DNA of 63,561 nt, the filler included, from Octopus bimaculoides (taxonomy: Eukaryota), in the NCBI RefSeq assembly GCF_001194135.2. It is 6 parts of 6 records of this genome, joined end to end, with 100 filler letters (N's around TTAATTAATTAA, not from the genome) between each part and the next. Parts side by side here need not be neighbours in the genome. Positions count along the whole stretch, not along the records: positions 12,892 to 39,544 come from NC_068989.1; positions 39,645 to 52,982 come from NC_069003.1; 4 more parts are not named here. One strand, given 5' to 3'. Positions 26,641-40,061 of this stretch are shown one piece after another (position 1 is the stretch's first letter; every line of letters begins with the position of its first letter). A model generated the notes under the pieces. It had not been told where the DNA came from. It was given only the letters and a program-made list of their open reading frames with translations, and searched no databases. The position numbers were made by a program, and so were the translations under genes.

Positions 26641-27594
26641 ATATATATATATATATATATATATACAGATATAGGGCAGGGAATTGTCAATTAGTAATAA
26701 AATTAATAATTAACAATTTTGCCAAGTAGTTCAGTATGAAAAAAACCTTTATCGGTAAAACCATTTATAATCATAAATATATAGGGGTCAGCATGAGTTG
26801 CTTCACCATGCTGNNNNNNNNNNNNNNNNNNNNNNNNNNNNNNNNNNNNNNNNNNNNNNNNNNNNNNNNNNNNNNNNNNNNNNNNNNNNNNNNNNNNNNN
26901 NNNNNNNNNNNNNNNNNNNNNNNNNNNNNNNNNNNNNNNNNNNNNNNNNNNNNNNNNNNNNNNNNNNNNNNNNNNNNNNNNNNNNNNNNNNNNNNNNNNN
27001 NNNNNNNNNNNNNNNNNNNNNNNNNNNNNNNNNNNNNNNNNNNNNNNNNNNNNNNNNNNNNNNNNNNNNNNNNNNNNNNNNNNNNNNNNNNNNNNNNNNN
27101 NNNNNNNNNNNNNNNNNNNNNNNNNNNNNNNNNNNNNNNNNNNNNNNNNNNNNNNNNNNNNNNNNNNNNNNNNNNNNNNNNNNNNNNNNNNNNNNNNNNN
27201 NNNNNNNNNNNNNNNNNNNNNNNNNNNNNNNNNNNNNNNNNNNNNNNNNNNNNNNNNNNNNNNNNNNNNNNNNNNNNNNNNNNNNNNNNNNNNNNNNNNN
27301 NNNNNNNNNNNNNNNNNNNNNNNNNNNNNNNNNNNNNNNNNNNNNNNNNNNNNNNNNNNNNNNNNNNNNNNNNNNNNNNNNNNNNNNNNNNNNNNNNNNN
27401 NNNNNNNNNNNNNNNNNNNNNNNNNNNNNNNNNNNNNNNNNNNNNNNNNNNNNNNNNNNNNNNNNNNNNNNNNNNNNNNNNNNNNNNNNNNNNNNNNNNN
27501 NNNNNNNNNNNNNNNNNNNNNNNNNNNNNNNNNNNNNNNNNNNNNNNNNNNNNNNNNNNNNNNNNNNNNNNNNNNNNNNNNNNNNNNNNNNNNN

Positions 27595-28174
27595 TATCTT
27601 TATTATTGTCATTCTGCTTTCTGTGTATGTATGCTTGTAGTTGATACTATTGCGATCATGTGATTGAAATCTGAGCCTGATCACACAATTTTTCTTTCTA
27701 GTTTTACAGTGTAAGCACAGCCACTCCACTAGCAATGTGCACCAAAGAAGAGCAATGCAAAGTGATTTGAGAGATGGTAATGGTGAACCAGTTCACCATT
27801 GCCATCTCTCGAGCTTGCTGAACCTTCTTGTCAGGTTGACAGGCATCCTGCTCCCTCCTTGTGCATCACAATTGTCTGGCCACTTTTAAACTTCTCGATC
27901 TACTCATAGACACTTCTACACAGTAGTGCACTGACCCTGTATTGTGCTGAAAGCCTCCGATGAATTTCAGCACCTGACATACCATTTGACCAGAGAAATT
28001 GGGTCACTGCACTTTGCTCTTCTTTGGTGCACATTGCAAGTGGGATGGCCATGCTTACACTGTAAAGCCTGAAATAAAAATGGCGCAATCAGGCTCACAC
28101 TTTAATCATGTGACCACAATAGTACCAACTATAAGCACACATGTGCAGAAGACAGTGTGACAATAATAAAGATA
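27595..28174. mobile_element. Mariner-derived fold-back palindrome
   Basis: Minus ORF 27900-28088 (CTKEEQSAVTQFLWSNGMSGAEIHRRLSAQY, mariner HTH). 27595-27765 is an inverted copy of 28001-28174; central 20-bp hairpin at 27769-27810. Confidence 0.8.
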
Positions 28175-29099
28175 TGTTACGGTGAAAGTGCAGATAAATT
28201 TTGGCTTCCCCTCGTGACTTCCCCATCAGTGCAGGGATGGATGTATGGTTAAGTAGTTTGCTATTCAATTGTGTAGTTTTGCATTCAGTCTCACTGTGTA
28301 TACATTTCGTGCATATATCTTCGCCTAAAACGTCTAGTAATATCCATTATCTATTCTTTTCACCACTTCTTGAGATTTTGCTGGATTCGAACCTGTTAGG
28401 TGGAGTGTTGTATCACTCTACATAGCAGGGGAATATGTTCATTTATTTAACATTTATCAAGTGAACTCTTCCTTTGGCAAGTATATTGGCTTGTGCCAGA
28501 TGTATAAATTACTCGTTTTAAAGAGTATTAACCTTTTTTTTCTAGTATACTTGTAAGTAAAAGCCAAAGTTCATGGTTCCTGGTTAGAACTGACGGTTTA
28601 CTAATTTATTGGTACAGACATACGTACATACTTAGTTACTTGCATACATACTTATATACATACACATTTACTGTTTACTGCAATAATTTGGTTTGCTAGA
28701 CCACTATAAATTTACTTGAAGTTTGATATAGCTAAGGTTGCTGGTTTGGCTGTCTTCCATCTCCAATCTCTATACAATTCCTATGCTGTACAATCCTCTA
28801 TACAATAAAGGAAAATTTCAGTAGTGCTAAATGCAAACTATTTATTGCAGTATAACTTTAAAGCTACTAAATTATTAGCAAATGCCATCTGCGTGCATTC
28901 AAAGGAAGTGGTCATTTATCTGAGGTGACCAGCTGTACTTTAAGATAAGTTTATGTTTGATAACTTTGTTATGGTGATTACTAATTTTTAATTGCTGCTA
29001 GGCACACCGTATTTTGTTTCTAATCCATAATATACTACAAAGTATTATTAAAGGTTTATGACTCTATCCTGTGACCTACTTTGTGTTAGCAATATGTTG

Positions 29100-29679
29100 G
29101 GATCTATTTTAAAACGGGGGCCACATTTTTCATTAATGTTTTACGTAGTGTTTTTGGTACGGAAAGACTTTCAAACTTCGTATACTTATCTATTTTGTGT
29201 TATAGAACAGAAAAATATTTTTGTATTCGAATTTATTTCATGTAAAAAATTATCTTATTTCGATAATTTCAACCAATCACTGACAAGTATTCAGTTGTTT
29301 ACATTTACTCCTTTGGCTGATTAAGCGATGTAAAGCGTATTTAATCTCCATACCTTCGTTTTATTTGCTTTTTTCATTTTAAATTTGCTTTAACCCTAAC
29401 CCTAACCCTAGGGTTAGGGTTAGGGTTAGGGTTAGGGTTAATTGTTTCAGAATCGTTTGTTTATGTAGTCGGTACTTAATGTATATCGGCTGAATGGACG
29501 TCAGTGATTGGTTGAAATTACAGAAATACGACAACTTTAACATGGAATAACTTATGGATTTCTTTTTTTTTTAAGAAGACTAAGAGAAAAAGATGTTTTA
29601 TATGACACGTTCTACCAGTGTTCCAAGTTTCAAAGTATTTCGTTAATGAAAAATGTGGCCCCCGTTTTAAAAAAGATCC
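29100..29679. mobile_element. Non-autonomous TIR element (580 bp) with 8-bp TSD and central telomeric repeats
   Basis: 37-bp TIRs (36/37 match), TSD ATATGTTG at 29092-29099 and 29680-29687, perfect 21-bp inner IR at 29264-29284/29500-29520, (TAACCC)3-TA-(GGGTTA)5 at 29391-29440. Confidence 0.9.
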
Positions 29680-31271
29680 ATATGTTGTTTTCTTTTTTGA
29701 AGTGTATATCTACAAATATTCTGTAGAATTTAGAGCCAGCACTGAAAATTATGACATTTTATATACGAATATGTCTATGTAAACAATGCAATCAAAAATA
29801 GAAAAATAGGTAATGGGTGTATATGCACATTTCAGGAGTTATTACTCCTTCTTCTTCATCTATGAATACATTGCTTAAATGCCCACTAAGTTTAGTGGTG
29901 TAACACTATTGGATAGACCAATCAACGCATTAAACATATTCCTGGCAACTGGTATGTTGATATTAATTGCTGGTAGGGACACTGTGTTTCCTTTCTGCAA
30001 CCATAATACATTACCAAGTATATTAACAGTTTATAAGTCAATACTGTGTCCTACTTTTGTGTTAGCAATGTGTTATTTTGATTTTTAAGTGGACTCTAAA
30101 GCAATGAGTATGGTGGTGATGATGATGATGATGTTGTTGATGCCCTTCCTGTCACCACCCCTGGCTTGTTTTACATGCAAGGAACTTCTTATTTAACACA
30201 TTTTTCAAGGCACATAGCCAGTGTAATTCAGAGATTTTCAGAGAAGCATAAATGTAAATGATCCCACAGGCACTTCACATGCACATAAACACATGCACAA
30301 GCATACCTATGTGTGTGTGCATATATATATATGTGTGTATGTATGTATTATATTTGTATATACTGTATATACTGGTGTACAGGATGGAACTTTAAAAAAA
30401 TTTCCCCAAGATTAGGAGTTGTCTTATATACCCCATATAAAGTTTGAATCTTAACTTCCTGTGGTTTAGAGTAGCTGTGTATATTTTAAGCTGTAAAACC
30501 TTCTATTTATAAATGTTCTAAAATATATACAGCCTTGGTTTTTTTAATCTCATTATGAAAAGTAAATCCTTATATTCACACACTGATATATGACCTACGT
30601 TAGACCCCTTATTCGCATAATCACTGAACCTGGAGCTTAACTATGGTCTATTCTTAGCACTTACTCAGCATTATCTGAAACCTCTGGGTCTAATTGACAC
30701 CACTACTGCTCATAACCGCTCTATATATATATTGTTTTTTTGGGGATGGTCATGTTACCAGTTTAGCCAATAAAAACACACGCAGTATATATTTAGTGTT
30801 AATTTGCTTCAGCTTTATTTTATTTTTTACATTAATCGTATTTCGGCCAGAGTTCTTTTGTCACACTCCTATGACCTCATCAGTGGTCTTTTGCTTTCTT
30901 CTTTCTTATTTGTGTGTCTTTCCTTACTAACGATCAGCCATTTTGTATTTTGTATTCCTATTGTATGTGTCTTTATTTGCACATGTGTATACCCCTATGT
31001 GTGTCTATGTTTAGTAAGTGCATGTGTGTGTGTGTCGAGGGGAGTGCCTGTATTATCTGTATCCCCTGTTTATACACGTTCGTTTAATTTGTTTTTATTT
31101 ATTTTGTTCATGTGTTTATACCTACTTTTTTCTATTCTTTCCTTTCTTTGTATTTAATTTAATTTAATTTTGTTAACGTATATAGTTATTTAATTCCATT
31201 TGTTTATCTGTGTATTGTATTATATTTTGTTCATATTGTTATCAGTTTATGGGGATCTTATATAAACATAT

Positions 31272-31316
<45 letters not shown>

Positions 31317-32439
31317 AATACATGTATGTATGTGTGTATTTGGGATAGATCTCTTTCAGCTTTCATCTGCCAAATCCACTCAGAATGTTTTGGTTGGCAC
31401 AGAGCTATAGGAGAAGACATGCCTAAGTGTGTAGTGGGACTAGCTTGAAACCACATTGCTTGGAAGAAAGCTTCTTAATTGAAAGCCATTCTTAGATTTG
31501 CATACCTAAGTTCATGGGATTTATTGAGCTTTGTATTATTTTATGGAAAGTTTTGCACAGGAAAGCAATTTTGTGCCATATTTGATTTAGCTAAATTCTT
31601 AAAACTTTGTAAATATCAAGCAATCTGTCTATGACTCAAAGCAATGTTTTTAGATGCCATATAAATGGTAATACTGATCATTGTAATGTTTTAAGTGAAA
31701 GCTTAATCCTGATTCTTAATACTGATAAATGTTGTAATTGAAGTTTGGTTAGATTCTGAATATCTAGATGCTTTACTACAAGTTCACACCTGACTTACAT
31801 TCTGAGATGTAATTCAGCTGGCATTATGTTAATACTAGCTGATGTACCTGGTAATTCCCAGGAAAGCGGAGCTTATCCCTTGGTTCCGTTCTCATAATTG
31901 TTTCACTAATCCAATAACAATACAGAGTATGTAGCCCTTAAAATGGTTTTTGGGCATTTACAGAGAATAACGAACTGTCTTACACAGGATCTTGTTTTTA
32001 GGAATTCCAAATAAGTTATGGATACCCAAATTGTTAAGTCAGTTATGTGATAACATGAAATTAGTTACTCTATTGTAAGAATTCAAATAAAGTCGCCCCC
32101 AAAAGGGCTTTAATGGGTTCCCAGAGTATATAGAACTTAAGAGAAAATACTAATAAGGTATGTATACTAAAATTGTGAAGCATGTTATGTAATAACAGGC
32201 TAATCAGATATGAGATAATAACAATTGAATGTAAATAACTTTGAAATGGGCTTTTGTGCATTCCCAGAGAATGCGGCACTAGTGTTGGTATATTCATGAA
32301 TAAGTTACTAACTGAAATAAGTGGATTTATTGTTTAGGAAAATGCTATTTACTTGTTTAAGGGTTGTACTGGATAAATTACGAAAATAACTCTAGCAGTT
32401 CAAATACTAAGAAATAAGCATACTCAATTTGATTTATAC

Positions 32440-32745
32440 CAAATGATTTCGGAAAATGAATAGTTTATTTCCTTTGGCTGTTAAAATCTGGGCGAATGGG
32501 TTATTTCCTTTGGCTGTTAAAATGAAATATATAAGATATATATATATAAGATATATATATATAAGGATCCCTTCCAGGGGCGCTAGTATCGATATTTTCA
32601 ACAATCTGAGTATGCCATGTGGTTTCCAGACATGAGTTCTACTCACGTGTCAAGTTTCATCAAAATCGATAAAACGATGTAGGAGGAGTTAGTTAATAAC
32701 TCCACAAACACACTCACAGACAGAATTTCTCACATATGTAGTAGG
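32440..32745 (+). mobile_element. Non-autonomous Helitron/DINE-1(HINE)-like element
   Basis: 3' motif aagtttcatcaaaatcg...gtaggaggagtt...acaaacacactcacagacag typical of DINE-1/Lep1-type elements; short internal duplication tt(a)tttcctttggctgttaaaat. Confidence 0.5.
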
Positions 32746-33269
32746 TTTTTAAGAATATTCATCTACCTTTGGCATCTCTGAATAAACTGTTATAAACAGC
32801 AAATCAGTGTAAAATTTCTTGGAATTCTACTAAGGTTATCCAGAAATTGATGTTTAGTTAACAGTATCATAAAGGGGAAAAAATGTCAACTGGTTTGTTA
32901 TTGCTAAATATTGTACTGATATATGGAGTGATTTTTTTCTGTTCACTGTAATAGCAAATACAATACATAAAAAGTGGAATTGGTTACTCAGAGAGAGTTT
33001 GAGTTAAGAAAAGTTTTCATAGTAAAAGTACATTTCTGAAATGGGTGTGGTATGGTTGTATAGTTATGAAGTTCACGTGGTTCTGGGTTTCATCTCATTA
33101 TGTGGGATCTTGGGCAAGTGTCTTCTACCAGAACATATGATCAACTAATGCCTTGTATATGGAATTTTGGTTGATGGAGACAATGCAGAAGCCTGGCATA
33201 TGCATACATACATACATACATACATACATACATACATACTCACTCACACACATGCACACACACTCACAG

Positions 33270-33307
<38 letters not shown>

Positions 33308-33311
33308 TTAT

Positions 33312-33480
33312 GCTTGTAATTAGTGGGGCACTGGGATATTTATCACACTGTCTAAATACCAATCTTGAGAAATTAGGCTTCTCAAAACAAGAAAGGAGAA
33401 AGCTGCTTCGAAGACTACAGATCCAAGCAATCACTGGAAGTGTAAAAATCTGTAAAACTTTCCAGAATTTTATCATTTAA
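33312..33480 (+). mobile_element. C-terminus of an RLE-type non-LTR retrotransposon
   Basis: ISGALGYLSHCLNTNLEKLGFSKQERRKLLRRLQIQAITGSVKICKTFQNFII* resembles the end of restriction-like endonuclease ORFs. Confidence 0.65.
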
Positions 33481-34094
33481 GTATATATGTGCATGTCTAG
33501 ACATGCAGCTATATGCAGGAGAGTACATACATAAAGCAAAACATACAAATCTGCACAGACATACAAAAATGCCCTGTTGATATTATTGAAATTTCAATGA
33601 AGGAGGCTTGGATCTAGGTTAGAAACTGGCTCTTTCTCTATTGGCAAAAAAAATCTTGAAATAAAACTGTGTATGTATAGGCACAGACATGGCTGTGTAG
33701 TTGAAGTCCTTACTTCCCAATGATGTGACCTCGGGTTCAGTGCCACTGTATAGGATTTTGGGCAAGTATCTTCTACTATAGCCCCAGACTGACCAAAGCC
33801 TTATGAGTGGATTTGGTGGACAGAAACTGAAAGAAACCTGTTGTGTGTGTGTTGTGCTCTTGTCTTGATGTCATCTGATGGTTTTAAATGAGCATCATCT
33901 TTGTTGATTTGCAGTTTTCAGTGAAAAATAATCATTAACCATATGAAACACTATTTTACTTGGAAACGTATGAAGGTTAGCATCAGGAAGAGCATCTACC
34001 CATAGAATAGCTGCCTCAACAAACTCTGTTTGACCTATGTGAGCATGGCAAAGTGGATTTTAAATGACAATGAAACAGCTTTGTTTACAAAAGA

Positions 34095-34310
34095 GAAAAC
34101 TGTGCTGGTCATGTGAAGCATATAGATGAAGAAAGCAGTATAAAGAAGTACTTATCAGTCAAAGTGGGTGGAACTTGTGGAAGAGGGAAATCCAAAAACA
34201 CATGGATAAAGTAGAGGAGGCTAGTCTCAGGATGTTGAGCTTCACAGTGGAGATGACAAAGGACTGAGATGATTGACAATTTGTTCTGCTCAAGAAGACG
34301 TGTCTGTCAC
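34095..34310 (+). mobile_element. Degenerate RTE ORF2 C-terminal fragment
   Basis: Decayed GHVxxMDE...VGGTCGRGK..TW motif. Confidence 0.5.
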
Positions 34311-35923
34311 AGTGAGAGCTAGGTCCTAAAAGCGTTATGTTTATGTCAATATATTTTTTGGACTCTGCATCTGTACCTACTCTGTCTCCATGTAACCTTT
34401 CCCACCTCTCATCTTTCTAACATCCATCTCTCCATCACTCTTTCAACTAACGCATTATCCATTTGCTGCAATCATATGCCAGCTGAATCTGTACATACTT
34501 ATCAGTTACCAAAACACTTCTCTCTAGAACAACTTCTTTTTGTAATCCATCTCTTATTTTCAATATAATACCTTCCCACTCTAATTTGTTGACAACTTTC
34601 TGTGCCTCCAGTTTTCTTTTCCTCTCCTCTGAGCTACATTTCAGTACTGTTATACCTCATCTTTAAAACTTTCTTATATCAATTATCATTCTCAACACCT
34701 TGGACATCTGTTGTCAACAGCTCTCGCACTTTTATATTCACTCCCTACAGCTATTTATGTATATCCCTGACTTCCATCTCTGTCACTGTACATATCTCTC
34801 TCTCTCTCTCTCTCTGTACATCTCTTCTCCCCACACTCCCACCTTACACATCATCTTCCTATTTTCTGATCTATGTACAGTAACTTGCCACCTTTCCTGA
34901 ACTGCTTCTTACTATTTCCTCCTTTCTGAGCTATTCCTATATCTTTCAATCAACCTCATCAACCATTTTGGTCATCCTTCCAGTGACTACCACCTACCCT
35001 TATATACTGCAAGTTAACCATGTTTCCCCTTTGTGGCAAGACACTTGTGCCTGTCCCACTATCATACTTTAAACTCTCACCACCTTGCCTAAAGCCACCA
35101 ACCTACTACAACCTTACATAGTCAAGAGATATTTTCTTTGTTTTGTGAGTTACTCAATGACCTTACTAGTGCTGGTGTTATGGGAAAAGCACCCTGTATA
35201 CTCTGTAAAGTGGTTAGTATCAATGGTGTATGGTGGTTGTTGTATTGAGTGTGCTGTCACACTCAGTGCCACCAAATTTCAAGCACGGCTGTAACAAAAG
35301 TTTTCCATTAAGATTTGGGATTAAATTAATGAGTAAGGTTAATATTTATAATGAATTTGCCATTTTCAGTGGATGTACGGTGCACACCTAGCACACCCAG
35401 AATATATGCCTCTGGTTAGTATTCGGAAGTGCATCCAGCCATAGAAACCATACTAATCATCCTTGCACAGTGATTTTGTTTAAATTGAAGAAAAGCTGTG
35501 CTCTGTCAACCCCACTCTCTCGCCTGCAATCATCTTCAAAATGACTTAGGATGGAGATGGATACAGTAGATGACTAAGAGGATTTACTTGCCCCATCTTG
35601 CTCTGTGCACTACACAATGGATTGTGATTGCCTTTCTCACCATAATGGGTTTTTCTCCAGAGTCCACTGGATCCAGTTTTCACATGCAATAGGCGAGTAA
35701 GTCTTAACATGCTAATTACCCATAACTGGGACTCTGATGGGTGCTACAACTCTGGGTTTGAGTGACCTGGGAACAATAGTGGCTAAGAGGTGTTTCCACA
35801 CTCCTCAAAACCATGGAACTCTCAAACTGGGGCTCCACTACTAGACACAGTTTGAAGTCATACCCAGGACATACACGCATGCACGCACACACACGTGCAC
35901 ATACACTCACACACATATATTTA

Positions 35924-35924
<1 letters not shown>

Positions 35925-35965
<41 letters not shown>

Positions 35966-36345
35966 CAACAGTAATATCTGTTTTCTATGCTGGCATGGGT
36001 TGAACTGCTTGATAGGAACTAGCCAGGCCAGGGGTTGTACCAGGTTCCATAGTCTCTTTTGGCTTGGTTTCTATGGCTGGATACCCTTCCTAATGCCAAC
36101 CACTTTACAGAGTGTACTGGGTGCTTTGTACATGGAACCAGCACCCACACTAATGCTTTTTATGTGGCACCTTGGTTTTAGGATCTGAATTCTGTTGTGG
36201 TGGGTGGGTCTTCATGAGTACAGCAGTGCACCACATATCTCAGTCCTCTGTCATCTTCTTCATATGGCTCTGCGTTTTGAGATCAGCCTTCATTATTTCA
36301 GCCCATGTCTGCCTGGGTCTCCCTCTTCCATAACATCCTTCCACA
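35925..36345 (-). mobile_element. RTE-family tail/3' UTR fragment
   Basis: (CAT)n then ctatgctggcatggg...cccttcctaatgccaacc; closely similar to 14205-14680. Confidence 0.8.
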
Positions 36346-37353
36346 TTTTTTTACACACAAACACAGGCACATGCATAAAACTCATGCATCCATACACACA
36401 CATACATTATGTTCATGTATTTATGCATGTTTCTGTTGGTGAAGTATGTAAAACGTATGGAGAAAACTGAGAAACTCTTCCTTCTGGATAAAATTATCAA
36501 TTGTGATATTTGTTCCCTCCCAATACTTGGTCATTTTTATTGTTAGAAATGCAGGGAGTCATAGATTGACCTGTTAGAAACGTGTAATTGTGTAAATTCT
36601 TGTTCACCAAATACTCTATAAAATTAACATTGAAAGGACATTAAATTTGAGATAACTTTGCTATGTTGGGACAGAGGTTATTACAAATAAGGTGACATTT
36701 ACAAATTTGCTTTTCAGGTTTTCAAAACAAATAAAGCTACAGACTATAAATAATGGGCAATTTTGATGTAGCTTCTGTAAATGGTTGGAACATAGATATG
36801 ATTATATGACTAGCTTAAATATAAATGTTATAAAATGGGACTACAAGCTGAAATGAATAAAATGTTTTCAGATGGAATTTAGGTAGTATTGCTAAGTATA
36901 GTTATTTCATGGAAACTTAATACTAAAATATTGTGTTTGTATAGTATTTAGTTGGGTCTACCGGAAAATTTATTACAAAATTTGGATATAATTTATTCAA
37001 ATGGGATTTAATTGTTTTATTAAATGTCTATTGTGAGTATTTATGCATTTTGATGATCTGATTTCATGACAAATTTCGAGAAAGGTATTCTTCATTCAGA
37101 AAATGTGAATACATACATACATACATACATACATACATACATGCATGCATGCATGCATACATACATACAAACAAACAAAACACGAATATACACAATGTAT
37201 GTATGTGTGTGTGCATACACATATGTGGGGTTTCTGCATGCGTAGACACATTTACACAGAGACACCTGCTTAAATGGAATATTATATACCCACATGTACA
37301 TACCAACATATTAAAGAATATTCTCTTATACATACATTCACAGAAATTTCTTT

Positions 37354-37384
<31 letters not shown>

Positions 37385-37387
37385 ATG

Positions 37388-37421
<34 letters not shown>

Positions 37422-37707
37422 TAAAATAGAAATATTTTTATTTCTAAATCTTTCAAAGTAAAGGCTATTTGCCAAGATAATGTGGCTATCCCGAAAGGGA
37501 TGATGTTACTGTTGTTTTAGTCCCAAGAAACATTGGTTCTAGCTGGCTAAATGACACTATCTGTGTCCTTATATTTTCGAACAGAGCTCTCAGCATTCCC
37601 ATCATGTGCAAAACAACATCTGTGGACTAATTTCTGGGTTATTGCCCTTTATCAACGCAGAGTAGCTGCTTTAGCCAGATGGTGCTGATGATTTCACCTT
37701 CCGAATA

Positions 37708-39099
37708 CCGTAAAATCTCATGTAATTTGTGCACCTGTGTAATTTACACAGGTGATTTTCTAGATAAAAATTGTTAAAAAAAGCTTCTACTCATGTAAAA
37801 TTTGCACACAAAAGTTTTCAGAATTGCTGATATAGCCAGGGTGTAAAGGTTTCCTGTTTAGTTGTATTTAGCCTAATTTCACTTATTAAATTTTCATTAA
37901 ATAAAAATAATTTCTGTTTAACATGTATCACATTGAAAGCTATTAAATTACGAAGTGTTTGTGTTGTTTATAATAAACTTTATTTTACATTTCTTGCCCG
38001 CAAGAGATTGTTGTCTGATCTTTAGCATACTTCTGTATGTTTTCTCAAATCACGATCACAGGAAAAGTCGTTGATAATTCTTATCAACAAAGACAAAGCT
38101 GATAAGTATGCACAAGTCTTGCAAAATAAGTTTAATAACCAATAAACATCAGCTTGGTTGACACTTTACTCAACCAACAGAAGAAGGTGACTGATCAAAC
38201 TGATTATGTAAGCAGAATCCTGATTGGTTAAAAGTGTCTTCTTGTCTCAAGCTCTAATTTTCCACCTATTCTTGTTAGAACCTTTGATAGAGAGTATCAA
38301 AATTTAAACCCTTTCACACTTATAAAATGTCAAGCAAACCTTAAAATTTGTCATTACTGTTTTAGCCAGGAGACCAAACTGATAGTTTGGTAACCCACTA
38401 AAATAAACATTAAAAATTGAAAGGAGAAAATAAACAGCTTTGCTTGTTTAACTCAGTGCTTATTGAACAAAAGAGGTGCGAAATTTAAGAAGTGACTTGT
38501 TAGAATATACACGTCTGTGAGGAGACATAAACAAGAATAGCAAAAATCTATTTTTCCAAAAGAACTGGTAATACATACATAACAAGTGTTCTATGAAAAG
38601 AACAAAATTGCTGCATAATTCAACATGAATGTGAAATGACATTAAACATTGTTTAAGGTAAATGAAGGTTTCTGTAGGAACATTAAGTCATATTTACTTA
38701 GTGAGTTTACATGTGCAAGGATGAATTATGATGTTGTTGTCGGCATTACATGCAGTAAAATATGGCCCAGATAGTGATTACCTGCAAGAACATCAAACTT
38801 CAAGAAGTAGTTAACCATGTAATAGTTTTAGTAAATATATACAGAAAAAGTAAGCATTATACTGTCCAGCATAAATAAAAGTTAACTTTATTATTTTTTC
38901 TGTAAAAAAACCTATTCTGACATTAAATGAGTCAACTTCCGGTATGAATATTTACATTTGTATGATTTGTATGTCATTTCTCAACTTTAAAATTTCGAAA
39001 AAATACTGGAAATGATCTTCTCATGTAATTTACGCACCCACAAAAGTTTTTTTTTTGTTTTTGTGAAAGAAAGTGCATAAATTACATGGGTTTTTATGG
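37708..39099. mobile_element. Non-autonomous TIR element, Tc1/mariner-pogo-like, about 1.4 kb
   Basis: Left ta|CCGTAAAATCTCATGTAATTTGTGCAC; right end reverse-complements to CCATAAAAACCCATGTAATTTATGCAC. No ORF recognised inside. Confidence 0.6.
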
Positions 39100-39190
39100 C
39101 GTATACTTTTCCAGGTGACACACAACCACTGATCAAAAAATAGAAATATTATTTCTAAATCTCTCAAAGAGAGACAATCAACGTATATCA

Positions 39191-39544
39191 TTCCAGGGTG
39201 AAAAACTAGAGGTAGTCGATAGCTTCCGCTATCTGGGCGACTAAGTTAGTAGTGGGGGTGGGTGCGCTGAAAGTGTAGCTGCTAGAATAAGAATAGCCTG
39301 GGCAAAGTTTAGAGAGCTCTTACCCCTGCTGGCGACAAAAGGACTCTCACTCAGAGTAAAAGGCAGACTGTATGACGCATGCGTACGAACAGCCATGCTA
39401 CATGGCAGTGAAACATGGGCTGTAACTGCTGAGGACATACGTAAGCTCGCAAGGAATGAAGCCAGTATGCTCCGTTGGATGTGTAATGTCAATGTGAATA
39501 CCCGTCAGAGTGTAAGTATCTTGAGAGAAAAGCTGAACATTAGA
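39191..39544 (+). mobile_element. RTE ORF2 fragment running into the scaffold end
   Basis: KLEVVDSFRYLG...LHGSETWAVTAED; highly similar to 54547-54905. Confidence 0.9.
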
Positions 39545-39644
39545 NNNNNNNNNNNNNNNNNNNNNNNNNNNNNNNNNNNNNNNNNNNNTTAATTAATTAA
39601 NNNNNNNNNNNNNNNNNNNNNNNNNNNNNNNNNNNNNNNNNNNN
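39545..39644. other. Artificial assembly spacer
   Basis: 44 N + TTAATTAATTAA + 44 N. Confidence 0.95.
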
Positions 39645-39817
39645 TGCTGTGAAAACAACATCCATTCATGAATTTATTAATTTTTTTTTTTAAATACATA
39701 TTTTACCTGTGAATTTGCGTGTGTAAACTGGGAATGCATTGAATGCGCTTCTCTGCCCTAGGTGTACGGAAAACACTCGGCGAGAAATGGAAGAAAATTT
39801 GAAGAAAAAAGAACAAC

Positions 39818-39862
<45 letters not shown>

Positions 39863-40061
39863 TTTCAAATTTGGGTACAAGGTCAACATGTTCGAGGGAG
39901 GTGCTAAGTTGATTCCATTGACCCCAGTGCTCAACTGGTTCATACTTTATTGATCCCGAAAGGATGTAAAGCAAAGTCGACCCTGGCGACATTTGAACTC
40001 AGAACATAAATGCAGCTAAGCATTTTGCCCGGCGTGCTAACCATTCTGCCAGCTCGCTGCC
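39818..40061 (-). mobile_element. SINE family A with (TTA)n tail
   Basis: Head GGCAGCGAGCTGGCAGAATGG ending at 40061, B-box complement atttgaactc, (TAA)n at 39818-39860. Confidence 0.8.

Noticed and set aside
29968-29992. CAGTGT on the minus strand resembling an iron-responsive element loop
   Set aside because: The flanking 5-bp stem and bulged C required for an IRE do not form.
33600-33670. Hammerhead-like ATGAAG...GAAAC segment
   Set aside because: Core and stems are too degenerate to fold convincingly.
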